Both the position numbers and the translations under genes were made by a program. From positions 84,112 to 136,484 of the IMG/VR virus record IMGVR_UViG_3300037384_000074: 52,373 nucleotides of DNA. One strand, given 5' to 3'. The DNA is from a virus. Taxonomy: Duplodnaviria; Heunggongvirae; Uroviricota; Caudoviricetes. Positions 41,935 to 51,990 of the stretch are shown here, piece by piece. A model generated the notes under the pieces. The model did not search any database, was not told where the DNA came from, and saw only the letters and a program-made list of their open reading frames with translations. The stretch's first letter is position 1. Each line of letters starts with the position of its first letter.

Positions 41935-43919
41935 TTAAAGTCAATATCAGTACCAACTGCGACGAAGTCGAGAGTGATATAGTTGATTGACTTAGCAGGC
42001 TTAATGAAGATTGCCCCAATGAATTCATTTCGGTCAATTACAGTACCAGTGTTGTTGGACGTATCACAAACAACCTTGAAGTCCTGAATGCCTCGACGAC
42101 CCTGAACGTCACGTAGGAATGGGGTTACCATATTACGGAAACGAGCGCGGGTGAATTCATCGTTGAACTCGAACAATAGCTCACGAGCTGCCTTAGAAAT
42201 GGCCTTCTCGAGAACAATGAACAAACGCCGTACGTTGATTCGATCAAATGCACTTGGTGAGCCAAGTAGAGTCTTATCACCGTACAGAAGAGTACCAGAA
42301 CCCTTCATAGTAACAACAGGGTTAATGTCGTTCTTATAAAGGAAGTCACGAGCGCTCTTGTCTGGATTATATCCAAGCTTGATGATATTCTTGTAGATAC
42401 CACGGCTGTGACCAGCAGGAGACCACCAAGCATCACGCTGAAGATCGGTACGAGCCATTAGACCGGCGTCGTCACCGCAACCAGCAACCCAACGGTACTT
42501 GTCAAAGTACTTGTCATACTGCCACTTATACGAAGAAGTTAAGAATGCATATGAACTCTTACGAAGTGAGTGTCTGAATGCAGACAGATCATCTTCTTCC
42601 TGGAATGGATTGTTGACGACGTCAGTCAAAGCAGGAGAGATTGTTACAACGCAATCCTTACGATATTCGATGACGTTATCGATGATATAGTTGGCCAGAG
42701 CTTCACCGTGAACGCCACCGTGAGCCTTACCTGCGATTAGGATTGACACGTCAATATCTTCAGGAGACTTGAACTTGTCATAAGCGCGTGCAAGAGCTGC
42801 TAGGGAAACGCCTGATTCACTTGAAGTTGCAGTTCCACCTGTAAGTGAGATGGTCAATGGTTCAGTGGTAATCGGAGCCATCGTCGAAGCTGGTCCGGAT
42901 ACTGCGCCTGCTCTATCGCCTGCAGCGTAAATGTATGTTGAAGAGTTGAACAATACATCCTTGTAGTACTTCGAAGCGCCTTCCAGTACAACATCAGTTG
43001 CACGTGAAAGAGCCTGCCAAACTTCAAGAATCGTACCAGGAGTACCAGTGAACTTGCCACCTTCGTCAACAACTACGATGTGAAGTTCGTCACCAGAACC
43101 GCCACGATCAGCAGTATAAGTTGAAGTGCCTGGAGCACGATCTACGGAATCATAGAATTCCCAAAGACGAGCGAACTGATTGACCTCAACGTCCTCAGCA
43201 AGCTGGAAACGATTATTGAAGGTTAGAGTTGCTCTAGCTACACCAGCGTTAGCAGTAGGAGCTCCGATTGTAGTAAGCTGTAAGTTCTGAGATCCTAGCG
43301 ATCCACTCGACACGTTGATATAGTCACCAATTACTAGATCGTCTAGAATACTAGTGATCAAAGTATTTGCAACAGTAGCATTGGAGCCGACTGCGTCAGT
43401 TACACTGAGAATTGCTGTGAATTCGTCACGAACCAATTCGAGTTCTACGCCACGAGCTGAAGTATTGGCATAAGTCTTGCGGAAGGCATTAGCTGAATCG
43501 CAGACAGATACCTTGAGAGAGTTACCGAGATCAGAAGGGAATCGAGCGTAGAAAACAGCGCCTGCAGGCAGAGTGGCCTGCTTAACGATGAAATCAGTAT
43601 CGTTCTTGATCTGGACTGGGGTTACGTTCGCCGTAGCTGCTACGGCGTTATAAGCATTTGCATCGGCTGCACGAGACACATAAAGTGCATCTGAGTACGC
43701 CAAGAAATTTGCGGCAATATGGAATGTCTCGTAGTTATATTCTGTTGGCTTACCAAAGCGAAGAGCGAGCTCACCTTCACTAGAAATGAGCTCAGGAGCT
43801 TCTACAGGTCCCCACGAAAATACACCACCAATACCGGCTTCAGTCGTTGATACGCCTGGGACGTACGTTGAAACGTCCCATTCGCGAACTACGACTCCCG
43901 GGCTGGTCTGAAATGCCAT
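41907..43919 (-). CDS. gp18: Tail sheath protein
   Basis: FQTSPGV.VRE.D, WGPV, FGKP, YKWQYDKY.DKYRWV, WWSPAG..RG, LYGDKT, FDRINVRRLFI, FIKPAKSINYITL.FVA; TATAAATA at 43947-43954. Confidence 0.98.
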   Translation of the reverse strand: MAFQTSPGVVVREWDVSTYVPGVSTTEAGIGGVFSWGPVEAPELISSEGELALRFGKPTEYNYETFHIAANFLAYSDALYVSRAADANAYNAVAATANVTPVQIKNDTDFIVKQATLPAGAVFYARFPSDLGNSLKVSVCDSANAFRKTYANTSARGVELELVRDEFTAILSVTDAVGSNATVANTLITSILDDLVIGDYINVSSGSLGSQNLQLTTIGAPTANAGVARATLTFNNRFQLAEDVEVNQFARLWEFYDSVDRAPGTSTYTADRGGSGDELHIVVVDEGGKFTGTPGTILEVWQALSRATDVVLEGASKYYKDVLFNSSTYIYAAGDRAGAVSGPASTMAPITTEPLTISLTGGTATSSESGVSLAALARAYDKFKSPEDIDVSILIAGKAHGGVHGEALANYIIDNVIEYRKDCVVTISPALTDVVNNPFQEEDDLSAFRHSLRKSSYAFLTSSYKWQYDKYFDKYRWVAGCGDDAGLMARTDLQRDAWWSPAGHSRGIYKNIIKLGYNPDKSARDFLYKNDINPVVTMKGSGTLLYGDKTLLGSPSAFDRINVRRLFIVLEKAISKAARELLFEFNDEFTRARFRNMVTPFLRDVQGRRGIQDFKVVCDTSNNTGTVIDRNEFIGAIFIKPAKSINYITLDFVAVGTDIDFNYVVGKYGG

Positions 43920-44023
43920 CACTATTCTCCTAATCGTTCTTTTCTATATTTATAGGAACTGGAGTTTAAGAGTTGACTTACACGGGTTTACATATATAAT
44001 ACTGGCACTAATAGGAGATATTT

Positions 44024-44185
44024 ATGGCCCCTGAGAATATTATTGCACAGCTTAAGGACTCTGCGGAGTACCTAAGGAATCGACTTAACAATAAGAACCT
44101 AAATGAAGCAGACGAGACTCAGCTTCGTAAGGAGCTTAACGAGGTCGAGTCTCAGATTTCGAGACTTACCACTATTTGTGGGTGA
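44024..44185 (+). CDS. 53-aa coiled-coil protein, antisense to late cluster (missed by track)
   Basis: TTGACT-N16-TATAAT promoter, AGGAG SD; MAPENIIAQLKDSAEYLRNRL... Confidence 0.65.
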   Translation: MAPENIIAQLKDSAEYLRNRLNNKNLNEADETQLRKELNEVESQISRLTTICG

Positions 44186-46846
44186 TTAATTTCGCATCCA
44201 TTGGTCGAACCAGTCGCCACTAACTGCCTTAACTACAGTGATGTCATCATCCCAAGGATCGATGCCGTTACTAACAATACCGAAAAATAGAAGTTGATCA
44301 TCGATATCCTCTTCACTTTGCTCACGCAATAGTTTGTTGATATCTGAGTCAGTTAACTGCTTGAAATAATCCTGGTTTGATAACCACCCAAACCATACAA
44401 AAGGCATGACAGTATCGTCATGTTTTCCTGGTTCAGCTTGATACTTCTTGCCCTTCAATGAGAAGGTCTTAAACTCGTCAATTGTCCATTTGTCATTAAT
44501 CTTCAACTGCTGTTGCTCGATTAGTGACTTAAGCAACATACAGCCCGCGTTACGAGTGACTTCTGACGCGGGCATTCCTCTATCGATTTTCTTGCCGTGA
44601 CCTGATGATACACGTCTACCTGCTCGCCCTGCCGCTTCTGTCATCAGCAGATGTTCATATTCATACTCCATGAACAGGATATCGACGAGCTGACTTCCGA
44701 GATCGTTTAACTCAACAAGTGTATTCGCATTGTTATAGTGAACAGCCAACCTGAATACAATTGATGCGTAATCAGGTACCGTGATTCTGTTATTCCTGAA
44801 TGTGCATACCTGTTCATATGGTCTTGTTGAAATATCAATGATCTGGAAACAATGATAGTCTAACATCTTGCCTCTAGACGTATCAACTGTCATAATGTAT
44901 GTGTGGTCTTTTTGAGGTTCCACAAATATACGTAGGTTAAGATCCTGCTTGATAGGAGTAGCTTCACGCATCAATTTCAAGGCGGCGCCGCTGATCAGCG
45001 TGCCTGAACTACCCATGAATTCGACGGAGTATTCCTGAGCGAATTTCTGTTCATCGTAGTTTAGTTCTGCGAGAGTCTTTTCTTTCCACTTTTCATCACG
45101 GCCTGGAACTAACCACCACGGTACTTCAATATAGTCAAAATTAGACTTCTTCTCTTTGGCTGCCTCACAGTAGTAGAAGAAGTGGTTGAGACCATTCGGA
45201 GTAGAAGTGAAGATGATTTTCGACCCACTTACCGATGAAACGGTAGGTAGAACCGACTGCGAGAATGTATCCCAATCTTCAACGAATGCTGCTTCGTCGA
45301 CGTACAGTAGATAGATCGACTTACCGCGAATCGAGTTACCTTCAGAGGCGTCAGCAAATATCCGAGTTCCATTTTCGAACTTAATTTCACCTTCATTCCA
45401 CTTAAGAATGCCGCCCTTCAACCAGTCAGGAAGGTATTCGTAAGCAGTCTTGATTCGAGATAGAATTTCTCGAGCAGATGAGAGTTTATTTGCCAGTAGT
45501 GCGATGTTTTTGTTTTTGTTGAACAGAGCTTCGTGTAGAATAATTACGGTGATACTGGTAGTGTTATGTGTAATTAGGTAATTACGAGATGTGGCATACA
45601 GGCTATCAACTGCATCGACCTGGATGCATTGCGTGGGTATAGTATTGATCTCCTCGATGTTCTGGATCGTGCGAGAGTACACGTATCTTTTACGTTGGAG
45701 ATTATGTCTGATTTTAACGAGTTTATAAGGCAGTCGACACACGTCGAAATCACTGCCGTCAGGAGTGAATGACAATCTCGTTGACGAAGTCGGTGTCTTG
45801 AAATTGGAATTCAAGAAAGTTTTACGTGTTACTTTGAAACCAAGAGACGTCAGCAGTTGGTATACGTCTTCTATTAACCGAGGAACTTTGTTGGTGAGTT
45901 GGATCTGAACATTGCCATTGGAGTCAACATGTCCATCAGTATCAATTATGCCCTGCAATAGTGCTATACGTTGGCCTATATCACCGTACATATAATCGTC
46001 CGGAATATGTTTGTTACCAGTCACTCCATAATGTTTCAGAGAGCCACTAATTCCTTTTATCGTGTTGTCAAATACATTTTCCTGCCCAGGAGTTCTATTG
46101 TAACTAGTCTGACTACAAAATTCAATTCCCTGCGACTCAAAGAATTGTTTCTGGTTTACGTGACAAAAGAATCTACCACCGTGTTTTGACCCATCACCAA
46201 GCCATGCCCCTAATATATAGGGGTCAATTAATTGTTCACGGGTGTTATATTCGACCGGTTTAACATTTGGAATATAATATGCATACTCTTGATATCCACG
46301 ACTATTATTACGGCGCCAAACGCTGTTAAAGAGTTGTTCAGTTGTGATTGTTTCTTCTCGATGAGATCTGAATCTATTTTTAACGGTCCACAAATGGTCC
46401 ATGCAAGCATTGATACTAGTGTCGTCGTCAAAGGTGATTTTATATGTTTTCTTATAATGTACCTGTGACTTGAAGAGAACGTTCGTAGAGCGGCCATTAG
46501 ACCCCACGATTTTATCACCGACTTTAAGATCTTTAAGTTTCTTGAATCCCCCACTAGCTAGAGGGATTTCTGTTTCAACATCGATTGCCTTACCGCTCTG
46601 TCTCGAAGCTGCCATGATTAATTTACCAGATTGGTAAAATTTCCGCACAGCTTCCTTCTGGTAATCATAGAAATCCATAGGAATTAGACCATGATCCTGA
46701 TGGACAATCTGGAAATATTTCTCTCCGAAATACACCGGATCCATCATGCACTTGGCAATTTCTACCTGTTGTTCTTCTGTGATTTCCTTAAGAGTACCTG
46801 CCTTAGGCAGGAATGAGTTACCCTTGTAACTATTTTGCTCGCTCAA
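44186..46846 (-). CDS. gp17: Terminase large subunit with intein
   Basis: SRQSGK|TT Walker A split by intein, YVDEAAFV, STPNG.NHFY, FAQEY..EF.GS.GTLI, HDD.VM. Confidence 0.97.
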   Translation of the reverse strand: MSEQNSYKGNSFLPKAGTLKEITEEQQVEIAKCMMDPVYFGEKYFQIVHQDHGLIPMDFYDYQKEAVRKFYQSGKLIMAASRQSGKAIDVETEIPLASGGFKKLKDLKVGDKIVGSNGRSTNVLFKSQVHYKKTYKITFDDDTSINACMDHLWTVKNRFRSHREETITTEQLFNSVWRRNNSRGYQEYAYYIPNVKPVEYNTREQLIDPYILGAWLGDGSKHGGRFFCHVNQKQFFESQGIEFCSQTSYNRTPGQENVFDNTIKGISGSLKHYGVTGNKHIPDDYMYGDIGQRIALLQGIIDTDGHVDSNGNVQIQLTNKVPRLIEDVYQLLTSLGFKVTRKTFLNSNFKTPTSSTRLSFTPDGSDFDVCRLPYKLVKIRHNLQRKRYVYSRTIQNIEEINTIPTQCIQVDAVDSLYATSRNYLITHNTTSITVIILHEALFNKNKNIALLANKLSSAREILSRIKTAYEYLPDWLKGGILKWNEGEIKFENGTRIFADASEGNSIRGKSIYLLYVDEAAFVEDWDTFSQSVLPTVSSVSGSKIIFTSTPNGLNHFFYYCEAAKEKKSNFDYIEVPWWLVPGRDEKWKEKTLAELNYDEQKFAQEYSVEFMGSSGTLISGAALKLMREATPIKQDLNLRIFVEPQKDHTYIMTVDTSRGKMLDYHCFQIIDISTRPYEQVCTFRNNRITVPDYASIVFRLAVHYNNANTLVELNDLGSQLVDILFMEYEYEHLLMTEAAGRAGRRVSSGHGKKIDRGMPASEVTRNAGCMLLKSLIEQQQLKINDKWTIDEFKTFSLKGKKYQAEPGKHDDTVMPFVWFGWLSNQDYFKQLTDSDINKLLREQSEEDIDDQLLFFGIVSNGIDPWDDDITVVKAVSGDWFDQWMRN
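45563..46588 (-). mobile_element. Class 3 intein (342 aa) with LAGLIDADG homing endonuclease
   Basis: Ala1 (AIDVET), HLWTV block B, TQCIQV block F, ITHN/T end; LGAWLGDG and LQGIIDTDG motifs. Confidence 0.92.
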
Positions 46847-47274
46847 TCGTCACCAATAGTTTTGTTCTTATTTGCTTCCATTACATTTCTGATTTGTTCA
46901 ATTACATCTGTAGTGGTTGCAATAAGGACATTAGTTCCAATAGTGTTGGTCTCATTACCTATAGGTTTACTGCCGTCTGAACGACTGGTGTGCAAATCCA
47001 TTTTAGCTGTAATTGCGAGAGCTGCTTCTCGGTTTACTTTAGCTCCAGCAACAATCATTCTTGATAGCGAATCATACATATCAGGATGTTGAGCCGCATC
47101 TGCCAAAGCTGCGGCAGTTTTAGTACTTTTGTGAGCTACATCTGCAAGATTTTTAAGGTTTGAAATAACCTCGTTAAGCTCATTTTCAGCAACATCAATC
47201 TTCGTCATATCGGAGTCGACTAACTCCATATGATTGGAGGAAATAGTCGTTACCGCTTTACTTTCATCACTCAT
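46843..47274 (-). CDS. gp16: Terminase small subunit
   Basis: Position; A.A.QHP..YD..S..I, TNV..ATT.DV motifs. Confidence 0.8.
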   Translation of the reverse strand: MSDESKAVTTISSNHMELVDSDMTKIDVAENELNEVISNLKNLADVAHKSTKTAAALADAAQHPDMYDSLSRMIVAGAKVNREAALAITAKMDLHTSRSDGSKPIGNETNTIGTNVLIATTTDVIEQIRNVMEANKNKTIGDD

Positions 47275-48061
47275 CTAAATCCTCAAATTTCACTATGTAT
47301 GCCCAATTGTCAGTTTCATTGATATCTGCAAATGGTATTGTTTCATTAATATCTGTAGTAGGATCGCCGTCTTCTGTCAATCCTGGCTGAATTGTAACCT
47401 GATGAGTTGGATTGGATCCATAAGGTCCTAGATGAGTATTTACTTCAATATGCTTGATTACTTTGCGAGTCTGCTTAGGACCATATAGCCATGCTTTCAT
47501 CGTAAAATCAATTGACCACGTCAATGCACGACGTGTTTGAAAATCGCTACCTTCATACGTGTCTTGATGTGAGATACCATTATAAACAATAGGCACATCT
47601 TCTTCGATTTGATCTACTTCGCTGATCGCACGGATTGTTAATGTTACTTCGGGCTGGAAGTAAATTAAAATCTGTTCAACAATAGCAAGTGCGTCAGAAT
47701 CAGTCTTGGCAATTATATTCAGTTGGAAATTGATATTCCAAGGAGCAGGATGAAGAATTTTATTCTCATTGACTCCACGATACTTCGACCTACTTACTCC
47801 GCGACCGGTTGGATCATACTGTAAACCTGTAATCTCAAAAGCCATGCGAGGAAGTTGAATAGCCTTGGTCTTGCCATCAGGTTTCTGCTTCAACATAGCC
47901 CAGTATTTTTCACGAGGCGCGTATGATATTGGAACCTTGAAAAACTGCTTCTTTGGATCAGTTCCATCAGATCGTGCAATGTAGATGTCGTTGAAAATCG
48001 TACCAAATACTGAAACATACTTGGCAATTAGATCATGCTGGAAATGAGTTCCGATAGTCAT
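47267..48061 (-). CDS. gp15: Tail sheath stabiliser/terminator
   Basis: FGTIFNDI.I.R, KVPISYAPREK, LPRMAFEITG.QYD, QIL.YFQP, W..DFTMKAWLYGP. Confidence 0.95.
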   Translation of the reverse strand: MTIGTHFQHDLIAKYVSVFGTIFNDIYIARSDGTDPKKQFFKVPISYAPREKYWAMLKQKPDGKTKAIQLPRMAFEITGLQYDPTGRGVSRSKYRGVNENKILHPAPWNINFQLNIIAKTDSDALAIVEQILIYFQPEVTLTIRAISEVDQIEEDVPIVYNGISHQDTYEGSDFQTRRALTWSIDFTMKAWLYGPKQTRKVIKHIEVNTHLGPYGSNPTHQVTIQPGLTEDGDPTTDINETIPFADINETDNWAYIVKFEDLDE

Positions 48062-48711
48062 ACTGTTCCTCCAAATGGGTCTAATTCTTCGAAGTCTAGC
48101 ACATCTTCACTCTTATCCTGAAAAATCTGATTTTGCGCGTTGTCATCGTATGACTCAAGATCATAGTCAGGATCATCAGCATGATCATATGACTTATACT
48201 TGTCGTCGATTTCAACTATACCTGTGTTAAATTGATCATTAGTAACTTCATACATCTCACACACTAGTTCCCAAATGTATAGCTTACCAAAAGCGTAAAA
48301 TGTTGGAGATGAGTTGACATAAGAAATTTGAAAGGCTGTCCCTAACATTGGGATAAAGATCACATCACCTTCTTCGGGACGAGACTTGCCAGTAGTTGGC
48401 TGCACGAACTCCGTGAAGGACCTTTTTGTAACGATCAAAGTCATTTGGTCGCGCACCTCGAGACCAAATTTACTTAGCAGTTGGCCTTCACCTTCAAACG
48501 AGTCAAAATTCTTGATGTAAAGTTCGAGGTCACATGCAGTATTGTACTCACTATATGCATATGAATTCAAGGTTTCGTCAAAGTTGATTCCGGTCCGCGG
48601 CAAATACTTCATATCGTGAGCAAATATACGCACAGACTCTACAACAAGATCTTCGTATAGATTTTGCTCGCCGGTATGGTTGTAAAAGTTGAAATAAGGA
48701 TTAGTCGCCAT
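48058..48711 (-). CDS. gp14: Neck protein
   Basis: NPYFN, EQNL.EDLV.ES, YLPR, LSKFGLEVRD..T, RP.EGD.I..P. Confidence 0.95.
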   Translation of the reverse strand: MATNPYFNFYNHTGEQNLYEDLVVESVRIFAHDMKYLPRTGINFDETLNSYAYSEYNTACDLELYIKNFDSFEGEGQLLSKFGLEVRDQMTLIVTKRSFTEFVQPTTGKSRPEEGDVIFIPMLGTAFQISYVNSSPTFYAFGKLYIWELVCEMYEVTNDQFNTGIVEIDDKYKSYDHADDPDYDLESYDDNAQNQIFQDKSEDVLDFEELDPFGGTV

Positions 48712-48720
48712 GTATACTAA

Positions 48721-49473
48721 TCAACCTGTTTGATCACGTGGACGCAGTGAGTAATTAGATATAATCTCATCTTCATAGGATTGGATCTCAGCATTAGCGT
48801 CATCTAACAATTTAGTGCCATCAAACTGAACACCGCCCGGTAACTGCATTCCTACGAATTTAGACACATTTGTGCCCCAGATTCTCTTGATCTTAGCAGT
48901 ACAATACTTAATTAGCCAGCGATCATTCCACACATCACCGGTAGAATCGGGGTCAATAACATTATACCCGTCAACAATTACAATATCTCCAACGGCATAT
49001 CCGGACATTTTGTTGTCAATGTGAACTTTATTAGTATGACGATTGAAGCGAATTGCAGTCATGCCGTACAAGACCTGAGAAATCAGGTTGTAATACTGCT
49101 GATTCATATAGTATGTGACAAGTGACCCTGAAGAAACGTTGAAGGCTAGATCTACCATAAATTGATAACCTTCTGGCGCCTGAGCTAGAGATGAAGCAAA
49201 TGATCCTGTCTTCGATGAGTAGATATCAACAACAGAAATCAAAGATTCAGGCACTGTAAATGATCTAGTGTCGATATCTTCCTGAGTAAGGATGTGGGTG
49301 TAGTATACGTGTTCCGATCCATCATAGTGGTAATCTGCGAAGAATTTAAGAGATTCTTCAACGCAGTCGAACACTTGATCTTCTGTTACGTTGATCTGAA
49401 GCATCGGACTACCAAGGTTCCTCATGCATAGGTCAACAAATTCATGTTTGTTGGCAGGCCGATGCTTACTCAT
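48721..49473 (-). CDS. gp13: Neck protein
   Basis: LG.P.LQINVT.DQ..DC, DYH.DG, W.D.WL..Y.TA..K..WG.N..KF.G.QLPGGV. Confidence 0.95.
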   Translation of the reverse strand: MSKHRPANKHEFVDLCMRNLGSPMLQINVTEDQVFDCVEESLKFFADYHYDGSEHVYYTHILTQEDIDTRSFTVPESLISVVDIYSSKTGSFASSLAQAPEGYQFMVDLAFNVSSGSLVTYYMNQQYYNLISQVLYGMTAIRFNRHTNKVHIDNKMSGYAVGDIVIVDGYNVIDPDSTGDVWNDRWLIKYCTAKIKRIWGTNVSKFVGMQLPGGVQFDGTKLLDDANAEIQSYEDEIISNYSLRPRDQTG

Positions 49474-49479
49474 TTACTT

Positions 49480-50220
49480 TCACCCAAACAACTTAGCTTC
49501 AGTCTTCGGACCAAGAACGCCATCTGGAACGAGATCATTGAGCTTCTGGAACATTTTCACAGCAGCAATCGTCTTCTCGCCCATCTTACCATCGACTACG
49601 AGGGAGAACCCGTGTGATACTAGAGCATTCTGAACTTGACTGACGGTGTACTTTTTCTTGGTTACGATCGATCCTGAATCCGAATCAACCTTAAGGGCTT
49701 TAACGCCGAAAATCTTCTTAGCTTTGTTGAGCTTGTTCATCCGGTCGTCTAGACCATTGTAACCGCCATTGATTGACTTGGTAATTGCCCGTACATTATC
49801 TTCGTCGGCTAGACGATTGAGATTACGTGACTGCCAATACCATACTGCACCCAGAAATGCCCAAACGAACTGAGCTGCCTTGTCACGGCCGCGAGCAGTG
49901 AAGAATTCAGGGACGTCATTAAATCCCTGCTCAACGCACCACTCATAAAAATCGATGTAGTTAGCTTCCCACGTAACCTGGATTAGCCCTCGGCCAAACC
50001 AAGGTGCATATCGCTTTGAGGATCCCCCATATTCAACTGTGGTCTTGAAGGAATCACTCTCATGAGCGATCTGAGCTAGAAAGTGCGCTTTCCTTAGCGG
50101 AGTGTTGATTTCACACATCTCAGCATATTTGTTGAATGCAGAAACTGTGTTATTAATGATCGCATCATTGCCGTATGGTTCAACGAGCGACTTCACCTGA
50201 GCAAATGTAATGTCGGTCAT
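49480..50220 (-). CDS. GH19 chitinase-like endolysin with C-terminal PG-binding domain
   Basis: AHFLAQIAHES, FGRGLIQVTW..NY, TKSINGG.NGL.DR, VDG..G.KT..AV..FQ....L..DG..GPKT. Confidence 0.92.
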   Translation of the reverse strand: MTDITFAQVKSLVEPYGNDAIINNTVSAFNKYAEMCEINTPLRKAHFLAQIAHESDSFKTTVEYGGSSKRYAPWFGRGLIQVTWEANYIDFYEWCVEQGFNDVPEFFTARGRDKAAQFVWAFLGAVWYWQSRNLNRLADEDNVRAITKSINGGYNGLDDRMNKLNKAKKIFGVKALKVDSDSGSIVTKKKYTVSQVQNALVSHGFSLVVDGKMGEKTIAAVKMFQKLNDLVPDGVLGPKTEAKLFG

Positions 50221-50246
50221 AATAATATCCTTTCGGATATTTATAG
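50221..50246 (-). promoter_or_regulatory. Late promoter overlapping SD-sequestering hairpin of endolysin
   Basis: TATAAATA overlapping AATATCC-GAAA-GGATATT, then ATTATG. Confidence 0.75.
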
Positions 50247-50254
50247 TATAATGA

Positions 50255-50929
50255 CTAGCCCCAAGACACTATTAGTTCGCCACGTGCACCAGCACCACTA
50301 TTAGCAGTAACGGCTGCGATCGTTCCTGCTACTTCAATAGTAATGGATGATCCTGGCACGAGATCACCATGGTTATAGGTTCGCTCAAAATAACCACCAC
50401 CACCGCCACCAGATGCGTATGAAAACCCGCGACCGCCACCACCCGGTGCCGTGCCATCTTTGTTTCCGTTTGAGTTTGAGCCTCCAGCTCCTCCGCCACC
50501 AGCACCATCACCACCGGCCGTGACACTTCCACTGCCTCCAGTTATATTGGTTGACCCACCTGAAGCCGTACCACCAGCGGCGGTACCGCCGCCTTGCTCT
50601 CCTCTAGCGCCACCATTGGCAATCAATGTTCCAAATTTGGTTGGTTGTCCAGCAGTACCGTTGAATGCAATTGATAGGTTGTTATAGGCGCCCGATCCAC
50701 CGCCGCCCCATCCCTTAACAGTTAAGAAATTTTCGTAGTTAGGAACAATGAAACTTGAAATGCCTGCAACTGTATATGTAATGCTGCCTGGATCGTCAAA
50801 CGTCTCAGTTACGATATACCAAACACCGGCATGATTGACATACATAGGTGCCTGTACCCATACACCACCGCTCTTAATATATGGGATTCCATCTTTCCAA
50901 ACGCCGCTATGACGAACTTTTACCGGCAT
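50255..50929 (-). CDS. Glycine-rich fibre-tip/adhesin-like protein
   Basis: Three GVW repeats at N-terminus; GWGGGGSG, GGGGG tracts, GARGELIVSW. Confidence 0.65.
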   Translation of the reverse strand: MPVKVRHSGVWKDGIPYIKSGGVWVQAPMYVNHAGVWYIVTETFDDPGSITYTVAGISSFIVPNYENFLTVKGWGGGGSGAYNNLSIAFNGTAGQPTKFGTLIANGGARGEQGGGTAAGGTASGGSTNITGGSGSVTAGGDGAGGGGAGGSNSNGNKDGTAPGGGGRGFSYASGGGGGGYFERTYNHGDLVPGSSITIEVAGTIAAVTANSGAGARGELIVSWG

Positions 50930-51990
50930 TATGGAACCTTAAACCACAAATCGCCGTTAACGCCGCCACTTGGATCTGACGTACTAATCGTCAGAGATCT
51001 ACCAACAACTGATCCAAGTGCGGTAAATGACGCACTAACGTTTGATTCAAGCGTGCTAACATTTGATGAAAGTGAGCTTAAATTTGATGATAGCGATGTC
51101 ACATTTGATGATAGCGATGTTACGTTACTGCTAATTGGATCGGTGACACTCTTTACGAATGCAGTTGTAGCAACCTTAGTAGAGCTATCACTAGAGGTTA
51201 ATGTTGGAGCTACTACGTTTCCTGTGAATGTTGGATTGGCAATAGTAGCATATATTGACCCCAATACTGTTTTAATATTGGCCCAAGTTATACGCTTTAT
51301 AGCGTTTGAAGCGGCGCTGTCCTGTATGACAACCTGATCGGCGTCGACAATTGAATCCTTCGTATTTGCCGCATTTGTTCCTGTTTGGACTGTAACGGTA
51401 GCATTCGAATTGATCGAATTAAGCTTGCTTGCCATAGTTGAAGACATGAAGCCGTGAACAGTCGTGTTGGCTAACTGGTGTAAATCTGGATCAGTCTGGA
51501 TTCCATGCTGAGAAGCATTCACAGAACCAACCATATTACCCATATCTAGGTAAAATCCACCATTTTCACCATCCAACAAATCGCTATCGATTCCTGAACC
51601 GGCGCCGTCGATCAACAGTATTTCTGTGATCAGAGATGTGGGAAGTAATTTTTGGGTAGCAGTATCAACTGTTAGAAAATTATGAGTAGTGTTTGCTCCT
51701 AGAATAGTAATATTTGAAGCAAACCCTAAAGAAACGTTGGCACTAAACGAAACATTGCTAGTTACAGCAATGGTGTTGGCATTTGAAGTACGGATCGTAT
51801 CTACTTGTGCAATTGATCCCCTTAACGTTCCAGCACTAAATGTTCCTGTGATTGACGCATTACCTGTCGCAGTGTTACTGTTTGTAGTAACAGCATAGTT
51901 CGACAATACATCGAATGCAATGTTGGTTTTATTAAGCCAATCAATAAAACTATCAGTATTTTTGACAACTGGGGAAATTGCAACAGTCAT
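50929..51990 (-). CDS. Tail fibre/whisker-like protein
   Basis: DSDLLDG, PTFTG...APT......STKVATTAFV, SSNVTSL heptads, PSGG.NGDLW C-terminus. Confidence 0.7.
   Translation of the reverse strand: MTVAISPVVKNTDSFIDWLNKTNIAFDVLSNYAVTTNSNTATGNASITGTFSAGTLRGSIAQVDTIRTSNANTIAVTSNVSFSANVSLGFASNITILGANTTHNFLTVDTATQKLLPTSLITEILLIDGAGSGIDSDLLDGENGGFYLDMGNMVGSVNASQHGIQTDPDLHQLANTTVHGFMSSTMASKLNSINSNATVTVQTGTNAANTKDSIVDADQVVIQDSAASNAIKRITWANIKTVLGSIYATIANPTFTGNVVAPTLTSSDSSTKVATTAFVKSVTDPISSNVTSLSSNVTSLSSNLSSLSSNVSTLESNVSASFTALGSVVGRSLTISTSDPSGGVNGDLWFKVP
51064..51130 (-). repeat. 21-nt tandem repeats encoding SSNVTSL heptads
   Basis: tgatga(t/a)ag... units at 21-nt spacing. Confidence 0.7.

Noticed and set aside
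50831-51337. ORF with FDDSDVT repeats
   Set aside because: Antisense shadow of the SSNVTSL heptad repeats in the fibre gene
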